DNA of 64,000 bases from Halodesulfurarchaeum sp. (GTDB lineage: Archaea > Halobacteriota > Halobacteria > Halobacteriales > Halobacteriaceae), in the NCBI GenBank assembly GCA_034520565.1, contig JAXHNL010000002.1:1024001-1088000 (forward strand), in the 5' to 3' direction. Of the stretch, positions 1 to 10,076 are shown piece by piece; the first letter of the stretch is position 1; every line of letters begins with the position of its first letter. The notes below the pieces were generated by a model. That model searched no databases. It had not been told where the DNA came from and saw nothing but the letters and a program-made list of their open reading frames with translations. The translations under genes and the position numbers were made by a program.

Positions 1-149
1 TCGTGCTCGTGGGACGCCGGGGACTTTTCGTCGGTTTCCCGCTTGACCTGAATGACGCGCTCTCTGACGTCCTGGATGTCGGCCTCGATCTTCGCTTCGA
101 GTTCCTCTAGCGTGGCCTGAACGTCTTGAAGCTCCTCTTCGGCCATCAT
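1..149 (-). CDS. Acidic coiled-coil hypothetical protein, 3' end outside window
   Basis: Reverse strand reads MMAEEELQDVQATLEELEAKIEADIQDVRERVIQVKRETDEKSPASHEH and is open to the window edge; typical haloarchaeal composition; start uncertain. Confidence 0.6.
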   Translation of the reverse strand, partial: MMAEEELQDVQATLEELEAKIEADIQDVRERVIQVKRETDEKSPASHEH

Positions 150-428
150 TGACTTCCATCTCCCTTTCGTGTCGACCCGGACCGCAACGGGCCACGGATC
201 GGCCGATTCAACCGCTTCGTCCTGCGGTTTTCGAAGCCCGAACGCTCCCCGTTCGTCATCGCGTGGGCCCCATCGATGTGACCCGAATCCACAGACAGCT
301 GCCACTCGCCGGTGGCGTTGGCCAGCAGCGGATTCGGGAACTGGATCATTTTCCGTGTAGTCTTAGCGGGTTGCACCGTATAAAGTTGATTCCCAACAGT
401 ATGCCGGGAGACAGCTCTCGGCGGTTTC

Positions 429-1265
429 TCAGCGGATCTTTCGAACGTTCGAAACGTCGAATCCCGCGTCGTGGATCTCCGTCTCGAAGCGAATGATGTC
501 GTCCTCCTCGAGCTGCGAGAGCACGCCCCGGAATTCGGGGACGTACATGGTTCGAACGCGCTCGTTGCCCCCGGTCTCCCATTCGAACTGGAGTGTTCCG
601 TCCACGGCGGTCATCAGGTTTCCGAGTTCCTGGTCGGTGACGGCGTCTTTGGTCAGCAGGAGCAGGATCAGGCTCCCCCACTCGCGGGCGGCCCGTCTGA
701 GGCCCTTGAGGGTGAGCACGAGGTCGCCGATCGAGTGGTGGCGACCGCGTGCGGCCAGCAGATCGGTCAGGGAGTCGATCAAAATCAGCCCGCCGCTTGC
801 GTGCTCGTCGAGGTAGTCCGCCGTTGCCGTGAGAACTCCCCGACGGCTCGATTCTTTCCCGAGGTCGGTGATGGTACGGTGTGAGGGCCCGTACCACTCC
901 CGCGGAACCGGGCTGCGCTGGAAGTACTCTCCCGAGAGGTCCTCGAAGGTGACTGGCTCGAGCCCCGCAGCCACGAGTTCGTCGTCCATCGTGTACTCGA
1001 TCTCCGTCGAGAGGGTGCGTTCGTCGGCGGTATAGGAGAGATAGTGAATGGATTCCGGTGGCGCGGCTGCCCCGGAGAGCTCACCGTAGTGGAGATCGAA
1101 GAGGCCCGGATCGGCCCCTTCGAGGCCGTTCATCACGGCACTCGTGTACAGAAACTCCCTCGCGCCAGCCCCACTTTCTCCTGCGAGCAGAACCACACTA
1201 CCCGCCGGGGATCCGCCCCCGATTTGCGAATCGAGTCGCGCGATGCCGAAGGGGATTCGGCTCAT
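429..1265 (-). CDS. RAD55/KaiC-family RecA-like ATPase-domain protein
   Basis: IPFGIARLDSQIGGG N-terminus, degenerate Walker A GESGAGAREF, Walker B LILIDSL. Confidence 0.85.
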   Translation of the reverse strand: MSRIPFGIARLDSQIGGGSPAGSVVLLAGESGAGAREFLYTSAVMNGLEGADPGLFDLHYGELSGAAAPPESIHYLSYTADERTLSTEIEYTMDDELVAAGLEPVTFEDLSGEYFQRSPVPREWYGPSHRTITDLGKESSRRGVLTATADYLDEHASGGLILIDSLTDLLAARGRHHSIGDLVLTLKGLRRAAREWGSLILLLLTKDAVTDQELGNLMTAVDGTLQFEWETGGNERVRTMYVPEFRGVLSQLEEDDIIRFETEIHDAGFDVSNVRKIR

Positions 1266-1398
1266 ACCGGCCCCACTCGGGGCGCGTGCTTACGCGTTTC
1301 GCCGATTGGGGGGGGGGGAAACCACTGCCGGCGGTGGGGAAACCCCTAAATAGTATGCGGGTCATTGACATGGTACGGTATAACAACCTACCTAACCC

Positions 1399-1689
1399 AT
1401 GCCAACCTACATTCGCCTGACCGAACTGACGAGAGAGGGATTCGAGGAGATCGAGGAGAGTGCAACCCGGACCGAACACATGAAAGCGATGGCGAACGAA
1501 ATGGGCGGCTCCATCGAGGACGTCTTCCTCACGATGGGGGAGTACGACTTCATCACGATCGCGGAGTTCCCCAACGATCAGATGTACACGCAGTTCGCGC
1601 TTCGATTCGCCGAGGAGGGGACGAACGATACAAAGACGCTGAAGGCTCTCGAGGAGGACGAATACCTGAGCGTGATTCAGCAGTTGTAA
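1399..1689 (+). CDS. GYD domain-containing protein
   Basis: MPTYIRL...TMGEYDFITIAEFP motif, 96 aa. Confidence 0.85.
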   Translation: MPTYIRLTELTREGFEEIEESATRTEHMKAMANEMGGSIEDVFLTMGEYDFITIAEFPNDQMYTQFALRFAEEGTNDTKTLKALEEDEYLSVIQQL

Positions 1690-1993
1690 TCGGGACCGAT
1701 CCGGTTCGTCCTGGGAGTTCGAGTGGGCGCCGGGAGGACAATTCCACGCCCAGGGAGCCGACTCGGGGCACTTCCCACAGTTCTCACTCCGAAGACACCC
1801 ACGACCTGGCCCCTGGTCGCTGTTTCAATCAGGTCGGTTTGTTTCGAACCCACATTCTTATCACCCGTTCTCAAGTATGAGAAGCACGTACTTCAGTGAC
1901 CATGACACAGCAAGGGACAGTACTCTGCCGACATATGCCATCGGAATGGAGTAACACTAATAACATCCTCTCAGCAACAAACCACTTAGACGA

Positions 1994-2281
1994 ATGAGGC
2001 TCGCCGAACCAACCGACTTTCAGATTCTGGAAGCCCTTTCCGACGGGAAGCGCAACACTGCGGCCAACCTCTCCCACGTCCTCGACAAGGACCGATCGTA
2101 CATCAACACCAGACTCCCCATCCTCGCCGATTACGAACTGGTCGAGCGCGTCGGTCCGGCCCCGAACAGCGGGCTCTACGAGATCACCGAACGGGGAACG
2201 GCGGTGATCGACATCCGACAAACCGCCGCGGAACCGGACATCGACTTCGACGCGCGACTGGCCGACCGACTCGAGGGGTAA
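1994..2281 (+). CDS. Winged-helix transcription regulator (ArsR / phiH1-repressor-like)
   Basis: TDFQILEAL..RNTAANLS..LDKDRSYINTRL..GLYEITERG pattern. Confidence 0.8.
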   Translation: MRLAEPTDFQILEALSDGKRNTAANLSHVLDKDRSYINTRLPILADYELVERVGPAPNSGLYEITERGTAVIDIRQTAAEPDIDFDARLADRLEG

Positions 2282-2360
2282 GTGCCCGATCGCGAAAGGG
2301 TGTATAGCCGCCGGTCGAACGGAAGGCAACTCATATCGGGCCGGGCCACGAACCGGGACA

Positions 2361-4196
2361 GTGATGCCCGAGGAGGAGCCCGACGCCGAGGACTCGGTCC
2401 GAAAGGCCGTCGAGCAGTCCCGGAGCGGGGCCCCGGCCGTGGGACGGGTCGTCAGAGACCGGTTCTCCACCGACGAGGTCTTCCAGCGGATCGTCGCGGC
2501 TGCCGACGAGGAGATCACCGCCGGCAACCGGGAACTCTTCTTCAGCGGGCTGGCAGCCGGCTTCGCCATCACGATCACGGTCCTTCTCTACGTCTCGATG
2601 ACGGCGACGACGGGCGGCGATCCGGTGCTCAGTGTCCTGCTGTATCCGCTCGGGTTCATCTACATCATTCTCGGTGGGTATCAACTGTACACGGAGAACA
2701 CGCTCCCGCCGGTTGCGTTGACGCTCGAACGGCTCGCGAGCGTTCCGGCGCTGCTCCGGAACTGGATCGTGGTTCTGGCCGGAAACTTCCTCGGGGGACT
2801 CGCTGGCGCCGCCGCGCTGGCCTGGGGCGGCGTGCTCTCGCCGGAGGCGGCTGCTGTCGCCGCCGAGATCGCCCAGAAGGGCGTCGACACGCCCGCGTGG
2901 CCGCTCTTCTTCAAGGCGGTGTTCGCCGGGCTGATCGTCGCGGGGGTCGTCTGGGTCGAATACGCCGCTCGCGATACGATTTCTCGGCTCGTCGTCATTT
3001 ACCTGGCGTTCCTCGCGATCCCACTGGGCGGACTCTTCCACGTCGTCGTCTCCTTCACCGAGACGATGTATCTCTCTTTCACTGGCGATCTGTCCCTCGT
3101 CGTCGGGTTGACGGACTTCGTGATCCCGGTATTACTCGGCAACACCGTCGGGGGCGTCGTGCTCGTGACCCTCGTGAACTACTTCCAGACGAGCGAGAAG
3201 CGGCTCGCGGGAGCTCGCTTCGAAGGCGGGCGCCGGCAGCTCTCGTGGCGAGAGATGCTCCTTGGGGGGACTCTCGGTCGACTGTTCGGTTTCCATGGTC
3301 GTTCGTATGTGCCCCTCGTGGACACCACGCCGGGCGATGGGGACACGGATGGTCCGTACCACATTCTCGTTCCGCTGGCAGATCCCTCCGAGGCGAACGC
3401 ACTCGTCAAACTCGCCGAAACCGTGGCTCGAACCAAGGAACAGGCAATTCTCACGTTCGTCCACGTCGTACCCGAGTACGATCCGCACTCCAGGTATTCG
3501 GGGTCAGGACGGGATCGACTCGTGGCGGATTCATCCGCGCAACTCGAGCGACTTTGTGATCGGATCGAGGCCGAAGCAATCCGGTGTCGAAGCTCGACCG
3601 TCGTCTCTCACCGGTCGTTTTCGGAAGTCTTCGACATCGCCGAGCGGGATGGGGTGGACCTGTTGCTCGTGGAGCGGGGGGACAACCACCTCTGGTCGTC
3701 GAGTCGAGCGGAAGGTCGCCTGGACGAACTCACCCGGCGGCTCCCCTGTGACGTCTGTATTCTCGAGGATCGCGGTTTCGATCCGGACCGGCTATTGCTC
3801 CCGGTCGTCGACAACCCTCACGCCGCGTTGAACGCCGAGATCGCCAGGGCCCTCCGGGAGGAGTACGAGTCCTCGATCACGCTCCTGTCGGTCATCTCGC
3901 CCGAGGGGGACCGAGAGCTGGCCGAAGCGGAACTTCGGAACTGGGCCATCGACCACGGGCTCGAGGACGAGACCCAGGTCGTCGAGACCGGCAGCGTCGA
4001 GGCGGCGATCGAACGGGGGGCCACAGACCACACGATGATCCTTGTCGGTGCCACCGAACAGGGACTGCTTTCCCGGAGTGTCACCGGGACACTCCACTAC
4101 GACGTCATCTCGGAGACCGGCCGGACGGTCCTCATGGCCGAGCGCCCGAGCGACCGCAGTCTCCTGCAGCGGCTGTTCAAACGCCGGCGGAACTAG
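2361..4196 (+). CDS. Formate/nitrite transporter (FNT) family protein with C-terminal universal stress protein domains
   Basis: GYQLYTENT, NWIVVLAGNFLGG, FHVVVS and LLGNTVGG FNT motifs; ILVPLADP and ILVGATEQG USP motifs. Confidence 0.88.
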   Translation: MMPEEEPDAEDSVRKAVEQSRSGAPAVGRVVRDRFSTDEVFQRIVAAADEEITAGNRELFFSGLAAGFAITITVLLYVSMTATTGGDPVLSVLLYPLGFIYIILGGYQLYTENTLPPVALTLERLASVPALLRNWIVVLAGNFLGGLAGAAALAWGGVLSPEAAAVAAEIAQKGVDTPAWPLFFKAVFAGLIVAGVVWVEYAARDTISRLVVIYLAFLAIPLGGLFHVVVSFTETMYLSFTGDLSLVVGLTDFVIPVLLGNTVGGVVLVTLVNYFQTSEKRLAGARFEGGRRQLSWREMLLGGTLGRLFGFHGRSYVPLVDTTPGDGDTDGPYHILVPLADPSEANALVKLAETVARTKEQAILTFVHVVPEYDPHSRYSGSGRDRLVADSSAQLERLCDRIEAEAIRCRSSTVVSHRSFSEVFDIAERDGVDLLLVERGDNHLWSSSRAEGRLDELTRRLPCDVCILEDRGFDPDRLLLPVVDNPHAALNAEIARALREEYESSITLLSVISPEGDRELAEAELRNWAIDHGLEDETQVVETGSVEAAIERGATDHTMILVGATEQGLLSRSVTGTLHYDVISETGRTVLMAERPSDRSLLQRLFKRRRN

Positions 4197-5224
4197 TTCG
4201 AGACGCCCGCTTCCTCGAAGGTGGCCATTTCACGGAGCGTATCACAGGCACCCTCGTAGACGCCGATACCTAGTGCCGCCCCGGTTCCCTCGCCCAGGCG
4301 CATCTCGAAGTCGAAAAGCGGCGAGAGGCCCAGCTCGTCGTACTGAACCTCGTGGCCCGACTCGACGGAACTGTGTGAGGGGAGGAGGTAATCGGTCACC
4401 CGCTCGTCGATCGCGGCGGCCACGAGCGCCCCGGACCCGGTAATGAATCCGTCGACGACGACCGGAATCCGACGGGTCGCAGCCTCGAGGGCGATGCCCG
4501 CAAGAGCCCCGATTTCGAACCCACCGACCGAACGGAGCACGTCGAGGCCGTTATTGGGGTCCGGGGCGTCCGCCTCGAGCGCCTGCTCGACGATCGCGAT
4601 CTTTCGTTCGTACGCCTCGTCGTCGATTCCGGTCCCTCGTCCGGTCACGTCTGCCGGATCGGCGCCCGTGAGTGCCGCGGTGATCGCCGCACTCGGCGTC
4701 GTGTTGCCGATGCCCATGTCGCCGAGACCGATGATGTCCGCGTCAGCGGCATGCCTCTTGACCACGTTTCGTCCCGCCTCGACGGCTGTGCGGGCCTGAT
4801 CTTCGGTCATCGCCGGACCGGTCGCGATGTTATCGGTCCCCGCGCCCACTTTGTCGACGACGACCGACTCGATGCCGGGGTAGTCATCGGAGGCGACCCC
4901 GACGTCCACGATCAGGTTCTTCGCCTCGATTGTTTTCGCGAGCGCGTTGACTGCGGCCCCGCCGTGGGCGAAGTTCGTGACCATTTGGGCGGTCACGTCC
5001 TGTGGAAATGCGCTCACCCCTTCCTCGACGACGCCGTGGTCGCCGGCGACCGTGGTAATGACCGGCGAATCGAGCGTGGGGGTCGCCGTCCCGGTCATCC
5101 CGGCGATTCGAACCGAAAAATCCTCCAATCGACCCAGGCTCCCGGGTGGTTTCGTGAGGTTCCGCTGTCGGTCCCGGGCGGCGTCCATGGCGTCCCCGTC
5201 GAGTGGGGGGATGTCGAACTCCAT
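4193..5224 (-). CDS. cobT: Nicotinate-nucleotide--dimethylbenzimidazole phosphoribosyltransferase
   Basis: LTKPPGSLGRLE, GDHGV, GDMGIGNTT, RLGEGTGA; start taken at ATG of MEFDIPP. Confidence 0.95.
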   Translation of the reverse strand: MEFDIPPLDGDAMDAARDRQRNLTKPPGSLGRLEDFSVRIAGMTGTATPTLDSPVITTVAGDHGVVEEGVSAFPQDVTAQMVTNFAHGGAAVNALAKTIEAKNLIVDVGVASDDYPGIESVVVDKVGAGTDNIATGPAMTEDQARTAVEAGRNVVKRHAADADIIGLGDMGIGNTTPSAAITAALTGADPADVTGRGTGIDDEAYERKIAIVEQALEADAPDPNNGLDVLRSVGGFEIGALAGIALEAATRRIPVVVDGFITGSGALVAAAIDERVTDYLLPSHSSVESGHEVQYDELGLSPLFDFEMRLGEGTGAALGIGVYEGACDTLREMATFEEAGVSN

Positions 5225-5363
5225 ACCCGGAGGCTCGGTCTCGAAAACAATCAAGATTTCTTTTTAGCAATTAGATCTGTATTTTGCGGTGACTGCAGTT
5301 CCGGCCGTGACAGACGGTATTTTCGAGAGCAACGCCACACCGGTCGGCGGGGCTGCCCGTCGA

Positions 5364-5820
5364 TCAGTCCTCGGATTGGAGGCGATCGACCGAATCCTGA
5401 ATCTCCTGGACGCTCGCGGCCTGTTCCTCGGTGCTCGCCGCGACGTCTTCGGTCTCGTCGGCGACGTTGCCCGCCTTTTCTCGAGCCTGATCGACCATGG
5501 CGGCGATCTCTTCGGCGCTTGCGGCCTGTTCGTTGGTCGCTTCCGAGACCTCCTCGATGCCCGCGACGGTATCGTCGACGAGCGTGGCGATCTCGTCGAG
5601 CATGTCGGTCGAATCGTCGACCTCCGAAACCCCGCGCTGGATCTGTTCGCGGGTGGAATCCAGACTCTCGACTGTCTCGTTCGTGTTTTCCCTGATCTCC
5701 TCGAGCATGGTCTCGATTTCGCCGGCCTGCTCCTGGGAGTCTTCCGCGAGTGACTTCACCTCGTCGGCGACGACGGCAAAGCCCAACCCCATCCCCGGCC
5801 CGCGGCGGCCTCGATCGAGA
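5364..5820 (-). pseudogene. Truncated methyl-accepting chemotaxis protein (C-terminal half of signalling domain only)
   Basis: GFAVVADEVKSLAE...EQAASAEEI; the upstream SIEAA/RAG hairpin motif is split over three frames; no N-terminal sensor or HAMP domain. Confidence 0.8.
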
Positions 5821-6092
5821 CGGACTCACCGAAGGATATCTCTTCGTGGTTTCGAATCAGAATGCCATTCTCGGCGATCCGCCAGCGTTCGCCGGCTGAG
5901 TCCTCGAAAACGATTGCCTCCTGAGCAACCCACCACCGCTCGACGACGCGGCCGGTGAGGGTATCCCGTCCTGGAGCCCCTATCTTCTCGAACTCGACGA
6001 CGAGCTGGTCCTCCAGGACGATGTCGTCGAACTCGATGTCGACGGTTTCGAGGCGGCCAGCGACCCGCGAACTCCTCGGCGGGAGTGCTCAC
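5821..6092 (-). pseudogene. Frameshifted acidic hypothetical protein, possibly of virus/plasmid origin
   Basis: GTG start overlaps the upstream stop (VSTPAEEFA); after a 1-nt shift near 6065 it reads GRLETVDIEFDDIVLEDQLVVEFEK...WRIAENGILIRNHEE and runs into the MCP fragment. Confidence 0.5.
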
Positions 6093-6289
6093 GGCCGGTC
6101 ACCCCCGGTTAATCCAGCGTCTGCGGCGTCGTGCTCGTCGAGGAAGTGTTTCCAGCGTGGTTCGTGGTCCTCGAAGTCGTGATCGCAGAAGGGACAACTA
6201 ACGAGCCGAACGATGATTTGTCCCTTTTCGTACGTTTTTCTCTCGAGGTCGCCGTCGCGCTCGACCGATTGAGCGCTCAAAACGACCAC
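6089..6289 (-). CDS. Small CxxC/HxxxH zinc-finger-like protein
   Basis: CPFCDHDFEDHEPRWKHFLDEH, 66 aa; start uncertain. Confidence 0.6.
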   Translation of the reverse strand: MVVLSAQSVERDGDLERKTYEKGQIIVRLVSCPFCDHDFEDHEPRWKHFLDEHDAADAGLTGGDRP

Positions 6290-6375
6290 CTCCGAATAAC
6301 AGCGGGTTGTTGCCGCGAAAACAGCCGTCTCAGCGTCTCTACTGCTCGGGCATGAAAGCCATCAAAACCAGCGCA

Positions 6376-6448
6376 TGGGACCGCTGAGATTCGAACTCAA
6401 GTCCGACGCACCCCAGGCGCCGAGGATACCAAGCTACCCCACGGTCCC
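6376..6448 (-). tRNA. tRNA-Pro(GGG)
   Basis: GGGACCG acceptor stem, anticodon arm GGCGC-CTGGGGT-GCGTC, GTTCGAATC T-loop; CCA not encoded. Confidence 0.95.
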
Positions 6449-6497
6449 GCATCCGAATCGATGGGTGAGCGGGCATTAAGGCCTTCGTTTCCCCGAC

Positions 6498-7385
6498 TCA
6501 CACGAGCACGGCCTCGAGGTCCACCACGGTCCCCTCGTCGGCTTCGGGATCTCCGACCACCGTCCCCAAACAAACCGCAGAACCGTCCGGGGTCGTACAC
6601 ACGACCAACCCCTCGGGCTCCGTTTCCGGCCCCTCGATCACGCCCGGTGCATACACCGGCGCGCCGTGGGCGACCTCCCGGGCCGCACTCGGGGCGATGA
6701 CGACCGCCGGGAGATGCGAAAGCGCCCGCTCGGCCGGCTTTACGACCTCGCGGAGCCAGTCCTCCCGACCCGACTCCTCGTAGCGACCCAGGGCGTCCGA
6801 GAGGTCGTGGAGGGTCTGCAGGTCGGTGTCGTCGAAGGGGGTGGTGGCCGTCCGCCGGAGATCGCCCATGTGGGCCCGCGTTCCGAGCGCGAGGCCGATG
6901 TCGTGACAGAGTTTGCGGACGTAGGTCCCGCTCTCGACCTCCATCCGGAGGAGGGCCTGTCGCTCTGTCACCTCCAGCACCTCGAGGTCGTACACGGTTC
7001 GGGTCCGCAGCCGGCGGGTGACCGCGCTCTTGCGGGGCGGTTTCTGGTAGATCTCGCCCTCGAACTCGGCAACGGTCGTCTCGAGGTCGTCCGGAGCCTT
7101 CGCGTGCAGTTCGAGAACCGCCACGTACTCCTTCGTCCCCTCGAGCATGGCCGGCACGAGCCGGGTGGCGTTTCCCAGCAGAACCGGCAACACGCCGGTC
7201 ACCTTGGGATCGAGGGTCCCGGCGTGGGCCGCCCGATCCAGGTCGGTCAGGGACTTGATCCACGCCGAGACCTGATGGGCCGAGGGCCCCGGCGGCTTGT
7301 CGAGGTTGATGACGCCGAAGGAGAGAAGCGACTCGACGTCTCGCTCTTCCGGCGGCTCACGTAACGCGGGCGGGTCAGAAGTCAT
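6498..7385 (-). CDS. cbf5: RNA-guided pseudouridine synthase Cbf5 (TruB family)
   Basis: [37 protein letters not shown]-terminal PUA domain. Confidence 0.95.
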   Translation of the reverse strand: MTSDPPALREPPEERDVESLLSFGVINLDKPPGPSAHQVSAWIKSLTDLDRAAHAGTLDPKVTGVLPVLLGNATRLVPAMLEGTKEYVAVLELHAKAPDDLETTVAEFEGEIYQKPPRKSAVTRRLRTRTVYDLEVLEVTERQALLRMEVESGTYVRKLCHDIGLALGTRAHMGDLRRTATTPFDDTDLQTLHDLSDALGRYEESGREDWLREVVKPAERALSHLPAVVIAPSAAREVAHGAPVYAPGVIEGPETEPEGLVVCTTPDGSAVCLGTVVGDPEADEGTVVDLEAVLV

Positions 7386-7953
7386 ACTCCACGTCCGTCA
7401 CCGGGACGGCCCCCTCGTCCAGGTCCTCGTCGTATGCCTCCACAGCACGCTGGACGATCTCGAGGACCGCCTCGGGCCCCCAGCGAGCGGTGTTCAGGGA
7501 GCAATCGTAGATCGACAGGTCCCCGAAGTCGATGCCGTAGTAGGCTCGATACCGCTTTGCCTCGCTCTCGCCACGCGCTCGCATCTCGGCCAGGGCCGTC
7601 TCGAAGTCCCGCTCCTCGCGCTCGGCCACGCGTTCCGCGCGGATCTCCTCCGGGGCGTCGAACCAGCACTTCAGATCGGCGAGGTCCCCGGCCATCCAGC
7701 CGGCGAGCCGCGACTCGAGCACCAGGTCGTCCCGTTCCCTGGCGATCTCGCGCAACCGGCGATCGAGGTCGCGGTCGATTCCGTCGTCCTCCTCGGCGAG
7801 TTTGTTGAACTCGAGTGGCGTGTAGCCCCGCTTGTCGGCAAGTTCGCGGAAGATGTCACCACCGGAGACGTGATCGTACGAAAGCGTCTCGGCCAATTTG
7901 GCAGCGACGGTGGACTTGCCGCTTCCGATCGGCCCGGAGATGGTGATCAGCAT
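7375..7953 (-). CDS. cmk: Archaeal cytidylate kinase
   Basis: [30 protein letters not shown]. Confidence 0.95.
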   Translation of the reverse strand: MLITISGPIGSGKSTVAAKLAETLSYDHVSGGDIFRELADKRGYTPLEFNKLAEEDDGIDRDLDRRLREIARERDDLVLESRLAGWMAGDLADLKCWFDAPEEIRAERVAEREERDFETALAEMRARGESEAKRYRAYYGIDFGDLSIYDCSLNTARWGPEAVLEIVQRAVEAYDEDLDEGAVPVTDVEYDF

Positions 7954-7998
7954 AACCGCACTCCGGGCGGCCCGCTCATATCGTTTGTGAACCGACGA

Positions 7999-8889
7999 TC
8001 AGGTCGGGGAAGTCTGGATGTTGAGCGCCTTGCGGATGATCTGGGAGAACCCGATGGAGTTCAGGATGTACCAGAGGATCCAGGCCTGCAGGGGGCCGAT
8101 GACCCCGGCAGCGAGTTCGATCTCGCCGACCAGCGGGAGGACCATGGACGACTCCGCGGCCGGGATGTGACTCGGCGGGCGGATCTTCCAGTACATCCAG
8201 AGGAAGACCGGGATCGTGATGACCATGATCCAGACCATCGGGCGGAGCTGCTCCTTGAACATGCCGAGCTGGTCGCCCATGGCGTCCATCTGTTCCTTGC
8301 GGATCCGCTCGACGGCCTCGTCGTCGCCGCGTTCCTTCGCTGCTTTCTGCTTTTCCTGGATCTCCTGCATGCGGTTCTGGTAGGCGCCCATCCGCTCCAT
8401 GTCCATCAACTCGTTCTGCAGGATCGCGGAGTAAAGCCCGGTGATGATCGCCAACACCATGATGACCGCGAAGAAGGGGAGGATCGAATCGAGCGGGCCG
8501 AGGAAGACGTCGAGCACGTTCCCGACCGCCGACCGGACCGAGTCGATCGAATAGCCGGCGAACATCCCCAGCGCTCCGACCGCTGCGGCCTTATCGTAGG
8601 TGCTCCAGGAGGTGCCCTCGTCGTCGACGTCGACCTCGGTCTCGAACTCGATCTCGTCGGTCTTGCCGAGGGCCTCCTCGACGGCCCCACGATCGGCGAA
8701 CTCGAAACCGTCTTCGGCTTCGATCAGGATGTCTTTCTGCAGCAGGCGGCCCCACTGCCCGCTCGTCATGTCGTCTTTCACGTCCCGCCACCGGAGTTCA
8801 CCCTCGCGCTCTAAGAGCTCCGAGAGTACTTCCTCGAACTCCGGATTCTCGCGGACCAGGTCCGCGACCTTTTCCGCGATTCGTGCCAT
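7999..8889 (-). CDS. DUF106 / EMC3-TMCO1-like (Oxa1 superfamily) membrane insertase
   Basis: TM-coiled coil-TM-TM layout, WILWYILNSIGFSQIIRKAL, conserved position between adk and cmk; start at MARIAEK. Confidence 0.85.
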   Translation of the reverse strand: MARIAEKVADLVRENPEFEEVLSELLEREGELRWRDVKDDMTSGQWGRLLQKDILIEAEDGFEFADRGAVEEALGKTDEIEFETEVDVDDEGTSWSTYDKAAAVGALGMFAGYSIDSVRSAVGNVLDVFLGPLDSILPFFAVIMVLAIITGLYSAILQNELMDMERMGAYQNRMQEIQEKQKAAKERGDDEAVERIRKEQMDAMGDQLGMFKEQLRPMVWIMVITIPVFLWMYWKIRPPSHIPAAESSMVLPLVGEIELAAGVIGPLQAWILWYILNSIGFSQIIRKALNIQTSPT

Positions 8890-8924
8890 TAGCGCACGAA
8901 AAGGGAGGGGGCGTAATGAACCTT

Positions 8925-9566
8925 TTACTCCGCGTCCGTTCGCGTCTCGATCGCCGCCTCGAGTGCTTCGAAGACGCTCGCCGGGTCCTGTTCGCCGTCG
9001 ATCTCGACGAGGTCGCCCGTTTCCCGGAAGTATTCGACGACGGGAACGGTGTTCTCCTCGTAGACCTCGAGCCGCTCGCGGGCGGTTTCTTCGGTGTCGT
9101 CCTCGCGCTGGTAGAGCTCGCCCCCACACCCGTCACAGACGCCGGGTTCCTCCGGTGGATCGTACGTGACGTGGAAACTGCGACCACACTCCCGACAGAC
9201 TCGACGTCCCGTGAGACGGTCGATGAGTTCCTGCTCGCTCACCTCGAGGTACGCCACGACGTCCAGGTCGGCGATCGAATCGAGGTACTCGACCTGTGAT
9301 TCGTTTCGGGGATACCCATCGAGGAGGAAGCCCGCTGTGTCCTCGATGGCGGCCTTCACGATCTCGTTGACGACAGGATCGGGAACCAACTCCCCCGCCT
9401 CCATGTACTCCCGCGGGGTCCCGTAGTCGGTCTCCATGTCCTTGTTCGCCCGCAACGCATCTCCAGTGGTGATGTGTTCGATGTCGAACGCCTCCGTGAG
9501 TCGATCTGCCTGCGTTCCCTTGCCGGCTCCTGGCGCCCCGAGCAGCAACACGCGTGGATTGGTCAT
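8925..9566 (-). CDS. adk: Adenylate kinase
   Basis: [21 protein letters not shown], zinc-binding LID CxxC...CxxC, QREDD. Confidence 0.95.
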   Translation of the reverse strand: MTNPRVLLLGAPGAGKGTQADRLTEAFDIEHITTGDALRANKDMETDYGTPREYMEAGELVPDPVVNEIVKAAIEDTAGFLLDGYPRNESQVEYLDSIADLDVVAYLEVSEQELIDRLTGRRVCRECGRSFHVTYDPPEEPGVCDGCGGELYQREDDTEETARERLEVYEENTVPVVEYFRETGDLVEIDGEQDPASVFEALEAAIETRTDAE

Positions 9567-9655
9567 ACTCGCCATTTCCGCGGTCAGTTTAAGGGATTGT
9601 CGAACTCGGCGATGATCGGCCCGATACTTTTCCCGATCCCGATTCCACGGACTGT

Positions 9656-10069
9656 ATGAACAGATTTGCCGGGACCACAGCCGAGGAACGGGCCGCATTG
9701 ATTGTGGCGGCGATCCGCGCCCATCGCGACCGGCAGAGCCCGTATCTGACGCTTGAAGTCGACCCCGAATCGGACCCGAAGCGATCCGGTGGGGCGACTG
9801 TGGGGCCACCCCCGTGGATCCAGTATCGCGAGCAGGACGAACGGTTGAATCTCGACTGCACTGCCGACGAACTGGACTCGATGCGGGCCGCCATCGACCA
9901 GATTGGAGGCGTTCGCGTCACTGAACAGGAATCAGTCGAGGGGGGCGGGACGAACCTCCGAATCAGTGTTTCGGGGGACGACGAGCGGGTGGCCCACGTT
10001 ATGGAGCAGATACTCGTGGACGGATTCGGGCTCCCGGCGGACCATCGACTCTGGGCGATTGAAATCTGA
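9656..10069 (+). CDS. Hypothetical haloarchaeal protein
   Basis: 137-aa acidic ORF that fills the intergenic space. Confidence 0.7.
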   Translation: MNRFAGTTAEERAALIVAAIRAHRDRQSPYLTLEVDPESDPKRSGGATVGPPPWIQYREQDERLNLDCTADELDSMRAAIDQIGGVRVTEQESVEGGGTNLRISVSGDDERVAHVMEQILVDGFGLPADHRLWAIEI

Positions 10070-10076
10070 GTTGGCC

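Noticed and set aside
1902-1997. 31-codon ORF overlapping the start of the HTH regulator
   Set aside because: Short, not acidic and in an AT-richer promoter region; no supporting motif
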